A stretch of DNA of 64,000 nucleotides from positions 1 to 64,000 of the IMG/VR virus record IMGVR_UViG_3300032782_000007, one strand, 5' to 3'. The notes under the pieces are model-generated. The model did not search any database. It saw only the letters and a list, made by a program, of their open reading frames with translations, and was not told the origin of the DNA. Each line of letters opens with the position of its first letter. The first letter of the stretch is position 1. The position numbers were made by a program, and so were the translations under genes. This document shows, piece by piece, positions 38,578 through 48,081 of the stretch. This DNA comes from a virus.

Positions 38578-38617
38578 TTCATCTTTCAAGTCTGGCAAGA
38601 AGCGCTAGACTTGTTAC

Positions 38618-38884
38618 ATGAGCGACTCCCTCTACGGGTACGGCGGTTTCGAATTTCTGGATTTCGAAGAGCTTATGGCGGCGCGCGACGCGGCGCGGGA
38701 GTCTCAGTGGGAGGCGATGTCGGGTGTGACGATGGCAGCCAATGCCGGCCCCTACACGGCACCGCTTGGTCCGGTCCTGACGAGGGAGATCCCCGTGGGG
38801 GAGCCGGAAGCGGTCTCGAAGTGTCAGGGGGCCCACGAGTGCCCTGTCCACCACTCGTCGTGGGAAGCGCTATTCGGTCGGTGA
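38618..38884 (+). CDS. Small hypothetical protein (leaderless)
   Basis: TAGACT 6 nt before the ATG. Confidence 0.55.
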   Translation: MSDSLYGYGGFEFLDFEELMAARDAARESQWEAMSGVTMAANAGPYTAPLGPVLTREIPVGEPEAVSKCQGAHECPVHHSSWEALFGR

Positions 38885-39142
38885 CCACGCCAGGTCTGGT
38901 GTGTCCTCGGCGATGTGGAGGGACTCAAAGTCGCCGCTCCACGCGCATGTGAACTCGCACGTTGGCGCCGGGCAGGCGAAGCATTTCCAGTCGGTACTCG
39001 ATTGCCCGTAGATCGACTTGTTATCCCGATAGGGAGGCATGAGTCGTTTCGGGACCCTCCAGAGAGCGGTCCCGCAATCCGGACAAATCATTTTACGCGC
39101 CAAGGCCGCGCGTCGTCCGTGGCTGTCTTCCGTCTTAGGCAT
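38870..39142 (-). CDS. Zn-ribbon hypothetical protein
   Basis: CPDC...CPAPTC. Confidence 0.5.
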   Translation of the reverse strand: MPKTEDSHGRRAALARKMICPDCGTALWRVPKRLMPPYRDNKSIYGQSSTDWKCFACPAPTCEFTCAWSGDFESLHIAEDTPDLAWSPTE

Positions 39143-39480
39143 CAGGATCCTCCGCGTAATCCCACGCGTCTAGTGTGCCAATCGGTTCGTGTTCGAGAAA
39201 GCCGGGGTGGAGTCCGTCGTGGACTTCTCTGTGGCAATTCGCACAGAGCAGGATGGTGCGGTCGATCTCGTTCTTGATAGCGTCCCAAGAGGTGAGGCGA
39301 CTCGAGATCGAAAATTCCTTGAGCCAGCCAGACTTGCGGATGGCGCATGTCGAACGCCGCCGCACAGCGGTTGTAGCCACAGATCGTGCACTTGCCGCCG
39401 AGGTAGTCGATGGCCCGCTGACGAAGTTCTTTTCGTCGCTGCGCGCGGACTCGACGCTGTTCAGGCTTTTCGGCCACCAT
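39135..39480 (-). pseudogene. Frameshifted HNH endonuclease
   Basis: GGKCTICGYNRC in one frame and KEFSIS...LLCANCHREVH in another; shift near 39330-39350. Confidence 0.75.
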
Positions 39481-39519
39481 TTAAGTTTACGTCGAGTTTG
39501 ACGTACGCGTACTTCGATT

Positions 39520-40131
39520 GTGCTGTACTCTCGAAAAGTGACGGCCGATTTGGAAACGCGGTTGGGGCCCGAGAGTTCTCTCGAAACCGAGAGAAAGGCC
39601 TGGGTCAAAGCGGTAACGCAGAACTATCGCGAACGTTGCGGGAATTGCGGCGGCGCGGAGAATTTGCGTGCGCGTCTGATCGTGCCTGAAGAGAATGGTG
39701 GTCGACTGGTGGAGGCCAACGGAGTTCTGCTTTGTCGGGCGTGCGATATTGCGTCGGAGCCCAGGGCAAAGAAGAGCGGCGATCAGCGACTGGTCAACTT
39801 CTGGGTGAGTCGAAAGCTCTTCGACAGCATCAAGCTAAGCGTCGACGGGAATCCGCTGTTCGCGTCGATGGGCGCGCTAGTTCGTTGCCTGATGAGCCGA
39901 TACACCGAGGATCCTTCGCGCTACGAAGATCTCGAGCTGTTTCAAGACGACGATCTCAGTATGGATCCAAAGACCAAAATCAACGTCTGGGTGGATCGTG
40001 GGGAGTATGCGGCCTTCAAAGAGGCGCTTGATACACGAGGGATGACAGTTACGGACGCGCTCAAATCGTTGATCGTGGCCTACCAGATGGAAGTTGAGCC
40101 GATGATTGCTCAGGAGAGAAGCGATGTCTGA
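39520..40131 (+). CDS. Inactive HNH domain fused to two RHH-like domains
   Basis: CGNCG..NLRARLIVP..GG...N..LLCRACD lacks the catalytic His; RLVNFWVS..SMGALVR and KINVWVD..GMTVTDALK. Confidence 0.7.
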   Translation: MLYSRKVTADLETRLGPESSLETERKAWVKAVTQNYRERCGNCGGAENLRARLIVPEENGGRLVEANGVLLCRACDIASEPRAKKSGDQRLVNFWVSRKLFDSIKLSVDGNPLFASMGALVRCLMSRYTEDPSRYEDLELFQDDDLSMDPKTKINVWVDRGEYAAFKEALDTRGMTVTDALKSLIVAYQMEVEPMIAQERSDV

Positions 40132-40918
40132 CGAGAAGCAGCGAGTGACCGAGCAGGCCATGTTTCAGGAGCACCAGGTACAGGATCCGCACGCACCTCT
40201 CGGGGTGTTCGATCTGCCGTGCGGGTACTTGGCCCCCAATGGCGAGCTGATCAAAGAGGTGAGGGTGAGGGAGATCACCGGCGCCGAAGAGGACATGCTT
40301 GCGGTGCGGACGATGAACGGCGGCAAGAAGATGACGCAGCTCATCGGAAACTGCCTTGAGCAGCTAGGACCTGTCGTCGATCGACCGCTTCTCCTAAAGC
40401 TGGCTCGAGACCTCACGATCGGCGATCGCGTGTTCCTTCTGTTTGCGATTCGGAGGGTCACTCTCGGGGACGTGTTCCCGGTCGAAGAGAAGTGCCCGGA
40501 ATGCCAGAAGAAGAGCAACTTCTACATCGACGTCTCGAAGCTCACCATTAAGGCAATGCCAACCCCGAGCAAACGCGTGTACGCGTACACGTCGACAAGC
40601 GGGAAGACGACCGCGCAGTGGCACGTCATGACTGGAAAGGATGAGGAGGCGCTCTCTGCGCTCGCGTCGAGCGATGCCCTCTCGGGGGCACTCCTGGCGC
40701 GGCTGGACGTGCTCAACGGAGGCCCACCGACCCTTGATACGGTCAAAAAGCTTTCGCTGCCAGAGCGAACCGCGCTGCGCGAGGAGTTCGATCGACACGA
40801 AGGTGGCGTGGACACTGAGGCGGCTGTGGAATGTGGTCACTGCGGTCACGAGTTCAAAGTCGAACTCAATCCGGGCGCGACAGGTTTTTTCTTCCCTTCT
40901 CGGGTACGGAAGGCCTAG
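40124..40918 (+). CDS. Tail assembly chaperone / T4 gp26-like hub assembly protein
   Basis: ITGAEEDML, LTIGDRVFLLFAIRRVTLG, CPEC, CGHC, GFFFP; upstream of the tape measure. Confidence 0.8.
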   Translation: MSDEKQRVTEQAMFQEHQVQDPHAPLGVFDLPCGYLAPNGELIKEVRVREITGAEEDMLAVRTMNGGKKMTQLIGNCLEQLGPVVDRPLLLKLARDLTIGDRVFLLFAIRRVTLGDVFPVEEKCPECQKKSNFYIDVSKLTIKAMPTPSKRVYAYTSTSGKTTAQWHVMTGKDEEALSALASSDALSGALLARLDVLNGGPPTLDTVKKLSLPERTALREEFDRHEGGVDTEAAVECGHCGHEFKVELNPGATGFFFPSRVRKA

Positions 40919-41058
40919 AGACCGAATACCTATTCTTCCTGGAGAGTTGGCAGACGTCGTATGCAGACTTTCTAAGCATCCCGACCACACGACGAAGACG
41001 AATCATCGACATGAAGATCAAGCTCGAGGAGCGCAGAAAACGAGATCTGAAGCGGTAG
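40885..41058 (+). other. Programmed -1 frameshift and extension of the tail chaperone
   Basis: T TTT TTC at 40885-40891; -1 frame reads EYLFFLESWQTSYADFLSIPTTRRRRII to 41058. Confidence 0.75.
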
Positions 41059-41085
41059 GGCCGTTAGACTAGCAAGGGGGAGAAG

Positions 41086-41097
41086 GTCCGTACGGAC
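41086..41097. repeat. Palindrome copy 6 (intergenic, 19 nt before the tape measure ATG)
   Basis: gaagGTCCGTACGGACtttc. Confidence 0.95.
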
Positions 41098-41116
41098 TTT
41101 CATGTTTAGCTGAAAG

Positions 41117-44026
41117 ATGAGTCTCAACTTCTCAGGCATAGGCGCATCGGTGTCGGTGAAAGACGATGGCGCAACTGACTTCACGAAGCACTTCTCTGAT
41201 GGGCTAGACAAGGCCGCGTCGAAGATGGACGCGCTTGGTGATCGAGGACGCGCCTCGAAAATTGAGGCCTCTCAAGAAGGCATCACCCACGGATTTACGA
41301 GCATGCTCGGATCGGTGCTCGCACTTGCTACGGGCGTTCCGGTGATCGGGAAGCTCCTCGATGCGATGGGCGCAGGCAAGATCGCAGGAGCCGTCATGCA
41401 GATCGGGCATCTCGCCAACGCTGGTCAGCAGCTGACGACGGACTTCGAGGCGACATCCCAGGCGATCTCCGCATCCACACGAAAAGTACTGGGCCAGGCA
41501 GGCCTGATGGGGAAAGAGCTAGATAAGGCGAACGGCCAAGCCGCGGGCATGGCGATGGGCATGAAGATCTCCGAAAAGACCGCCGGTGATGCTGTGGCTT
41601 CGATGGCCCAGTTCGGAGCGGAATTGAAGGCCTTCGGCATCAACTCGGCGGTGACAGGCGCAAAGCTAGAAGACGGATTGAATATCCCGATTCGCGACCT
41701 CGCCATGAATGCCAGACGCATGAAGACCGAGTTCGGCGCGAATGACAAGCAGCTGAGTGAGGTCGCGAAAACCCTTACAGGGGTGGGCGAGATCGTTCAC
41801 GACATGAAAGGCCCGTTCGAGGCGCTCCCGCAGATGATGGAACTGGCCTCGAAACGCGCAAATCTCGTTGCTCGAGGGCTCTCGGACATCGGTGGCACCG
41901 AATCGATCAAGGCGGTCTCGCGCGCTCAGGCAGCGCTCTATCAGCTCGGCTTGGATTCAAAGACCGCGCAGATGGGCGCGATCTCTCTCGAGTCGAAGAT
42001 GACCGAAGCGATGGAGGGCTTCGGCAACATGTTCGCAGGGACAGAGGCGGATCTTCATCCCTTGCTGTCTTCGTATGCGATCATCTCCGGCGATGTCGAG
42101 CAAGCGTTCAAGAACGCGAAAAAAGGGCCCGATGTGATGATCAAGTCCCTCGCCGCGGCGGTCCAGAAGCTCAAAGCGGAGCACGGGGATGTCGGTAGCT
42201 TCCTCAACATGCTTCAGGGTCAGCTCGGCAAAGTTGACGCGAACATGGCCTCGGCGCTCGTAGGGGCACTCAAAAACGTCACCAAAGAGAAGCTCGAGAC
42301 GATCAACACCACGAAGGTAGTGGGTAAGGACCTGACCAAGGTAGCCAACGACGTTTGGCGATCGACGTTGACGCTGGACGAGTCGTTCAAGATGGCAATG
42401 GGCGCGGGAATGGCGACCTTCCGCAATCTCGGCCGGAGTGCTGCGGTGGACTTTGTTCACAAGTCCGTCACCGCCTTTGGCGAGTTCAACAAGTGGGCGG
42501 CCGACACCGTAAAGACCGGCGGTCCTCTCGGGGCCGTCGTCCAGAAGATGTCCGAGATGTCTTCTCTCGGCGTGAAGGCGCTCCTGCCGAAGACATGGCA
42601 GCCTGCGGTGGCGGTGTTCGGACAGCTCTACGACAGCCTCGGACCCTCGTTGGACGCGATGGGTAAGATGCAGCAGGCGGTTTCTGGGCTGCTCAATCCG
42701 TGGACGCTTCTATCGGCGGCGGTCGGCGGGTTCATCGCCCTAATCTACTCGAACAAGGCGCCCGGAAATACATGGGCGGATGCGTTCAACGCCTCTCTCG
42801 ACACGGTCAAGAAGTACGCGACAGAGTGGACGCAGAAGATCCTGAACTGGGCAGACACATTTCCGTGGGAAACGGTATTCAAAACACTGGCGGACGGCCT
42901 CAAAGGCGCGATTCAGGGGCTGACCAGCGTGCTCAACGGGATCGGAACCGATCTCGATCTTCCTAAAGCGGTCGGCGAGGGTGTAACGGGCCAAAATGGC
43001 GAGGCGAACAAGACCTTCGCCGAAGTGGGCGCGCACATCTCCAAGGCATTTCACGATGCCTTTGACAGCATCGATTGGGGCGCCCTTCTGAACGGACTTT
43101 GGGAGGCCCTTAAGGGAGCCTACGAGCGAGAGAAGCCGAAGGTGATGGCGTTCTTCCACAACATCTTCGGGGAAGGCTCGCTCTGGGACGAAGTCACCAA
43201 GGAAGTCTCGGACAAAGCAGAGCAGATGCTCGGAGCGGTGCTCGACCGAATTGCGAAGTCCGTATCGATCGCGGACAAGTTCGGCGGCGTCATTACCTCC
43301 CTTATCGGAACCGGCTTCGCAACGGCGGTCGGAGGGGCTGCAAATCTCTTTGGAGGCAAGGACAAGGCTCCTAGCGCGCTACTCGGAATCGACATGGCTG
43401 CGACGGAGAAGGTCATCGGAGCCGCCATCGAGAACGTCAAGAGCATGCTCAAGAAGAACCTGATCGACTCGGTTACCGAGGGCGTTACGAAAGCGTTCAC
43501 GGACGCCTTCAAGACCATCATGGATAAGACAACAGTCTTCCTAGATGATCAGACGAAGGGCTTCAAGATGCTCACCGACAACATCTACAAGGCCTTCCAG
43601 AGCATGTGGGTAGCGATTCTCGAGGACATCGACGAGGCGACCAAGGCGACCAAGACGACCATCAAAGGCGCGCTCGGAGATCTGCAACAGCTGAAGATCG
43701 CGCTCGAAGAGGTGCGTTCGGCAAAGCAGGCGGTGAACAACTCAGGCCAGGATGTCAAAACAGCGGCTGAGTTCAAGCCCACGGGGGATCTCACGGAGGT
43801 CATTGCCAAGCAGTCGGCGTGGCCTGATTGGTACACAGACGCCTCCGGAGGCTTCTCCACCCAGTTCCAGCGAGGCGTCGCCGACATCGTCGCGGCCGTT
43901 GCGGCGAACAAAGTCCAGGTTGTCGCGGGTAACACGGCCGGCGCTCGAGACGACATTCGAGGGAGACTCGCTCCCTCTCTTCGCGATTCGACCGGGCCTA
44001 ACACCAACGCGCCTCCGCAGCGATGA
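41117..44026 (+). CDS. Tape measure protein
   Basis: 969 aa helical A/G/K/M-rich protein with hydrophobic stretches; follows the chaperone. Confidence 0.85.
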   Translation: MSLNFSGIGASVSVKDDGATDFTKHFSDGLDKAASKMDALGDRGRASKIEASQEGITHGFTSMLGSVLALATGVPVIGKLLDAMGAGKIAGAVMQIGHLANAGQQLTTDFEATSQAISASTRKVLGQAGLMGKELDKANGQAAGMAMGMKISEKTAGDAVASMAQFGAELKAFGINSAVTGAKLEDGLNIPIRDLAMNARRMKTEFGANDKQLSEVAKTLTGVGEIVHDMKGPFEALPQMMELASKRANLVARGLSDIGGTESIKAVSRAQAALYQLGLDSKTAQMGAISLESKMTEAMEGFGNMFAGTEADLHPLLSSYAIISGDVEQAFKNAKKGPDVMIKSLAAAVQKLKAEHGDVGSFLNMLQGQLGKVDANMASALVGALKNVTKEKLETINTTKVVGKDLTKVANDVWRSTLTLDESFKMAMGAGMATFRNLGRSAAVDFVHKSVTAFGEFNKWAADTVKTGGPLGAVVQKMSEMSSLGVKALLPKTWQPAVAVFGQLYDSLGPSLDAMGKMQQAVSGLLNPWTLLSAAVGGFIALIYSNKAPGNTWADAFNASLDTVKKYATEWTQKILNWADTFPWETVFKTLADGLKGAIQGLTSVLNGIGTDLDLPKAVGEGVTGQNGEANKTFAEVGAHISKAFHDAFDSIDWGALLNGLWEALKGAYEREKPKVMAFFHNIFGEGSLWDEVTKEVSDKAEQMLGAVLDRIAKSVSIADKFGGVITSLIGTGFATAVGGAANLFGGKDKAPSALLGIDMAATEKVIGAAIENVKSMLKKNLIDSVTEGVTKAFTDAFKTIMDKTTVFLDDQTKGFKMLTDNIYKAFQSMWVAILEDIDEATKATKTTIKGALGDLQQLKIALEEVRSAKQAVNNSGQDVKTAAEFKPTGDLTEVIAKQSAWPDWYTDASGGFSTQFQRGVADIVAAVAANKVQVVAGNTAGARDDIRGRLAPSLRDSTGPNTNAPPQR

Positions 44027-44337
44027 CGATCAGCGTTCGCACCCGTAGTAGACTCCGATTCGGGTCAGTCCAACTGATCGACGGCGTGGAGTTCTGGGAT
44101 CTTCTGCAGCTCCCAGATATTCCGATCCAGCAGGATGACATTCTCTATCCCGTCCAAGGGGCAGACCGGATCGACAGCATTGCCAACGCGTTCTACGGAG
44201 ATCCGATCTTGTGGTGGGTGATCGCGCTCGCCAACGACATGGACCTTCTTCCGCCCGATCTCCAGGTCGGCTCGACCATCCGAATCCCCGCACCTCGTTA
44301 CGTGCTCCAGGTGCTCTTTACGAACACGAGTAAGTGA
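44023..44337 (+). CDS. LysM-like baseplate protein (gp53/gpX-like)
   Basis: DRIDSIANAFYGDPILWWVIALAN..G..IRIP. Confidence 0.88.
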   Translation: MTISVRTRSRLRFGSVQLIDGVEFWDLLQLPDIPIQQDDILYPVQGADRIDSIANAFYGDPILWWVIALANDMDLLPPDLQVGSTIRIPAPRYVLQVLFTNTSK

Positions 44338-45779
44338 TGGCCGACGTAACCTCGATTGCCGAAGAGTACAACTTCTTCAATCCGTTCATGTCGGCGCGGA
44401 TCATCACGCAGACAGATAGCTTTCCGTTGTGGACGTCCGGCGCAACCAGCTCGTCCTTCCAAAATAGCGCGAAGGCCCTAAACGGCTTGAACGCTCTGGC
44501 GTTCGTCCGAGAAATTACGGTAGAGAATCAACTGGGCGACATTCCGATCATCTCGGTCACCCTCACGCCCCCCTACGAGGATGGGATCAAGTTCATCGAC
44601 AGCGAGCTTATCGAATTCGGCCAGAAGTCGACGAACATGCGTCTGCAGGTTCAAATCGGTTATGCCAATACCGGCGGGAAAACGGCCATTCTTTCGGACA
44701 TTTTTGAAGGCGCATTGCTGAAACCGCCGGAGGTGCGTTTTGGCGCCGACATGTCCATCACCCTTCACGCGCAGGGTATTGGGGGAAGTACCGCGGCGGG
44801 CCAGGTTGCGTCAGCGCGAACGTTCAAGGGCGTCACTCTAGGCGAGGCCGTGACCCAGCTGTGTCAGGCCATCGGATGGGGAATCGATCTCTCCTTGGCG
44901 AACAAGTACGACCGCTCGCAGAAAGCGTTCGCCCAAACGATCAACGAGTGTCAGGGCTGGAATACCGACTTGTTCTTCCTGCGGCAGCTCCTGCGTAAGG
45001 CTGGCTGTTCGATGTACATGACGCAGGATTCCCAGACGGGCAAAGGGGTTTGTCAGGTTCTGCCTCATCAAGCGCTGTATTCGGACGCGCAGCCCACGCA
45101 CATCCTCTCGTTGTACGGAACGCCAGGGACGCTCGGCGGGGTTGTCTATCCAATCCTCACAGCGCAGTCCTCTTTCAGTGCGATGTGGCTGACCGGGATT
45201 CGCAAACTGATCATGAGGGATATCGATAACGAGACGAAGCAGCTCACGAAGAAGACGTTTGACGACTCGACAGAAAAAGCGCCCGTTACGTGGGGAGGCT
45301 CGGCGGATCCCGTAGGCTCGCCGGAAACGGTGCCGAAGCCGAGCGATGACGGCACTGAGAACTACATTCACGCCCCAGGAGATCCTAAAGATCAGGAGGC
45401 AATTCTAGCCACGTCGAGCGCTTACTCACAGTATCGGTTGGCATTCGCGATCGATCTCGATCTCGAGACCATAGGAGTACCCACCCTCACGCCTCGCCAG
45501 GTGGTCGCGGTCTCGGGCCTGGGAATGCGCCTGGACACTCGAGGTCCGCACGGACCGAAATACGCAGTTCAGAAGGTAGTCCATCGAATCGGGGCGGGCG
45601 GATACACCACGAGCATTCACGCGATCGCAAACACGGCCGGAGAATTGGTCGCGCAAGACGCGGCATGGGCGCCCGCTTCGGGTCCGGTCAACCAAAACGA
45701 CGTCCCCAAAGACGACAACTCCAACACCGTCGCGATGAGCAGCGACAGTAATGACACCGGGGTTCCCCCGCTTCCTTAG
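44337..45779 (+). CDS. Baseplate hub (gp27/gpD-like)
   Basis: LQVQIGY, TDLFFLRQL, TIGVPTL...Y.VQKVVH..GGYTT. Confidence 0.8.
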   Translation: MADVTSIAEEYNFFNPFMSARIITQTDSFPLWTSGATSSSFQNSAKALNGLNALAFVREITVENQLGDIPIISVTLTPPYEDGIKFIDSELIEFGQKSTNMRLQVQIGYANTGGKTAILSDIFEGALLKPPEVRFGADMSITLHAQGIGGSTAAGQVASARTFKGVTLGEAVTQLCQAIGWGIDLSLANKYDRSQKAFAQTINECQGWNTDLFFLRQLLRKAGCSMYMTQDSQTGKGVCQVLPHQALYSDAQPTHILSLYGTPGTLGGVVYPILTAQSSFSAMWLTGIRKLIMRDIDNETKQLTKKTFDDSTEKAPVTWGGSADPVGSPETVPKPSDDGTENYIHAPGDPKDQEAILATSSAYSQYRLAFAIDLDLETIGVPTLTPRQVVAVSGLGMRLDTRGPHGPKYAVQKVVHRIGAGGYTTSIHAIANTAGELVAQDAAWAPASGPVNQNDVPKDDNSNTVAMSSDSNDTGVPPLP

Positions 45780-45788
45780 GACTTTCAG

Positions 45789-46748
45789 ATGGACTTCGAA
45801 AACTGGCTCTATAACCTCAAAGACAAGGGCCTCGGGTTTGCCACCCAGCGTTACTACGGGATCTATCGAGGCGTGGTCACATCAAACCAAGATCCGGACA
45901 AGCGCGGACGGATTCAGGTGCATTGCCCGCAGGTAGGTCAGGCGAGCGCGCCAGACAAATGGATCATGCCCGCCTTTGCCGGCAGTGGAAATCGACGCGG
46001 GATGTTCTTCGCCCCCGAGGTCGATGACACGGTTTGGGTCTCTTTCTACGAGGGCGATCCGGCGAAGCCCGAGGTGTACTGGGGAGGGTGGTTTGGAGTG
46101 CCCACTCCAGGAACCACCGACGTCCCTGACGCGCTGGCGCAGAAAACGGATTTCCCAGAGAAGAAAGGTTTTGTGACACGAGCCGGTCACATGCTCGTGT
46201 TCAACGACGAGGCTGGAAACGAATCGGTCACGATCATGTGGAACAAGCCCGCCGATGGAGATCCTGCCGTAACGGATCGAAAGCAGACGGCGAAGCAGAA
46301 TCCCAAGAAGTGTTCGGTCTTCGCGTTCGACAAGAACGGCTCGATGCTCCTGAAAACGCCGAGTTCGTACATGTTCCAAATCGATGATGACAAAAAGACC
46401 GTCACGCTCACAACGCCGAACGGCTCGCTGCTCTCGTTCGATCCGGACGATGTCGTCAGTCTCATGCACAAAAGCGGAGCCTACATGTCAATGGGCGACA
46501 ATTCGATCGACATCACGGCGAATACATCCAAAGCGCAGAATGTGAACGTCTCCGCTCAGAACGTGAACCTCAATGCGGGCGGTGTGAACATCGGGGGCAA
46601 GGCCATCGATTTCGCGGTGCTCGGAACGAAGCTGATTCTCTGGTTGGCCACCCACATCCACTCGACCGCCTTGGGGCCTAGCACGCCGCCTATCGTCCCT
46701 CCGACCCCTGCGGACTTTTTGTCCAAGACGGTAAAGGTACAGCCCTAA
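45789..46748 (+). CDS. Baseplate spike (gp5/gpV OB-fold)
   Basis: YYGIYRGVV..NQDP..RGRIQV, GMFFAPEVDDTVWVSFYEGD..P; HIH tip. Confidence 0.9.
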   Translation: MDFENWLYNLKDKGLGFATQRYYGIYRGVVTSNQDPDKRGRIQVHCPQVGQASAPDKWIMPAFAGSGNRRGMFFAPEVDDTVWVSFYEGDPAKPEVYWGGWFGVPTPGTTDVPDALAQKTDFPEKKGFVTRAGHMLVFNDEAGNESVTIMWNKPADGDPAVTDRKQTAKQNPKKCSVFAFDKNGSMLLKTPSSYMFQIDDDKKTVTLTTPNGSLLSFDPDDVVSLMHKSGAYMSMGDNSIDITANTSKAQNVNVSAQNVNLNAGGVNIGGKAIDFAVLGTKLILWLATHIHSTALGPSTPPIVPPTPADFLSKTVKVQP

Positions 46749-47233
46749 TGCCTCTTATTCCGATGACACTCCAGGGTCCGCTCACGCAGTTGTTCACACA
46801 GACAGCTCCGACTCCCGAACAGTCCGCGGAGACAATGGCAAATGCGTACGCGCAGTACGCGTCTACCGCGCTTTTTGGTGCAGGGGTTCCGATCTTTACG
46901 GGCCTAGAGAAGGCCACGATGAAGGCGACCCTCCTAGCGGTGTTGAACCCGGCAATTCCGAATCCTGCGGGATTTGCAGGGGCGTGGTCCTCGGGGATCT
47001 CCGCATTCTGGCTGAGCCCGCCGATCATGGTTGGAGGCGCCCTAGCCGGCCCCGTAACATCCGTTCCCGGAGCCGCCTCGATTGTCGCAGCGATGCTCCC
47101 GCTGTTGATAATCCCCTCGAAGCCGGCGGCTCTAGCTGCAGCGGGACTGACAGCGGCGATCCACGCAGCGACGCTTACGACGATTGCGACGCTCCAGCCG
47201 CCGCCCGGTGGGGCTCCGGTCCCGATCTCTTAA
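46748..47233 (+). CDS. Hydrophobic Ala/Pro-rich baseplate-region protein
   Basis: Coupled to the spike gene. Confidence 0.6.
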   Translation: MPLIPMTLQGPLTQLFTQTAPTPEQSAETMANAYAQYASTALFGAGVPIFTGLEKATMKATLLAVLNPAIPNPAGFAGAWSSGISAFWLSPPIMVGGALAGPVTSVPGAASIVAAMLPLLIIPSKPAALAAAGLTAAIHAATLTTIATLQPPPGGAPVPIS

Positions 47234-47239
47234 GGGATC

Positions 47240-47629
47240 ATGGCTGATCCGTGCGGCTTTTCGATCAAGCTTCCGTCGCTGAGTCTTCCGATTCCAGCGT
47301 TCGCACTGCCATCGCTGCCCGTTCTAAAATTACCGCAACTGCCGTCGATCTCGCTGCCCGATCTGGGGATAGACCTAGGGATCACGATCAAGCTCCCGTC
47401 GCTGAGTCTCCCGCTTCCAGCGTTCGCGCTTCCGTCACTGCCGACAATTAAGCTTCCACAACTACCGTCGATCTCTCTTCCCGACTTGGGTATCGATCTT
47501 GGGATCACGATCAAGCTTCCCTCGTTGAGTCTGCCTATCCCTGCGTTCGCGTTGCCAAGTCTTCCGACGATCAAACTGCCACAGCTTCCGTCACTCCCTG
47601 ACTGTCCGCTGGCGGCGCTATTTGGGTAA
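47240..47629 (+). CDS. Leu/Pro-rich protein with 41-aa tandem repeats
   Basis: 123-nt units start at 47264, 47387 and 47510. Confidence 0.7.
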   Translation: MADPCGFSIKLPSLSLPIPAFALPSLPVLKLPQLPSISLPDLGIDLGITIKLPSLSLPLPAFALPSLPTIKLPQLPSISLPDLGIDLGITIKLPSLSLPIPAFALPSLPTIKLPQLPSLPDCPLAALFG

Positions 47630-47673
47630 CGATTTGGACGCGGAACTCCAGCGAATCGGGTACTTTAATAGTG

Positions 47674-48081
47674 ATGGCTACGTCTTCGCCACAGTTCATC
47701 GGCTTCTCCTTCCCGTTCAGGAGTGATCCGGTCTCTGGATTTCCCGCGGCGGCGACCGATGCAGACCTGATCAAGCAGTCGCTTCTTCAGCTGGTGTTGA
47801 CGGGCTCGGGAGAACGAGTGATGCGGCCTGCCGTCGGTAGCGGCGTCTATTCGTACCTCTTCGAAGACAATAACGCGCTCCTCCAAGAACGAATTTCACT
47901 CGATCTCAGTAGCCTGATTGGTCGGTTTGAGCCGCGAGTGGCGCTGACCGGTATCACGGTCACTCCGGGCGATCCGAGCGTTGGCGGCGATCCGGCGCGC
48001 GTTGATGTAGTCATCTCGTACGTCATCTTGGCGACCGGGCAATCGGCACAAGCGACGCTTACCTTCACGAAGGCGCAGTAA
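47674..48081 (+). CDS. Baseplate wedge gp25/gpW-like
   Basis: GFSFPF, IKQSLLQLVLT..GERVMRP, FEPRV. Confidence 0.92.
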   Translation: MATSSPQFIGFSFPFRSDPVSGFPAAATDADLIKQSLLQLVLTGSGERVMRPAVGSGVYSYLFEDNNALLQERISLDLSSLIGRFEPRVALTGITVTPGDPSVGGDPARVDVVISYVILATGQSAQATLTFTKAQ

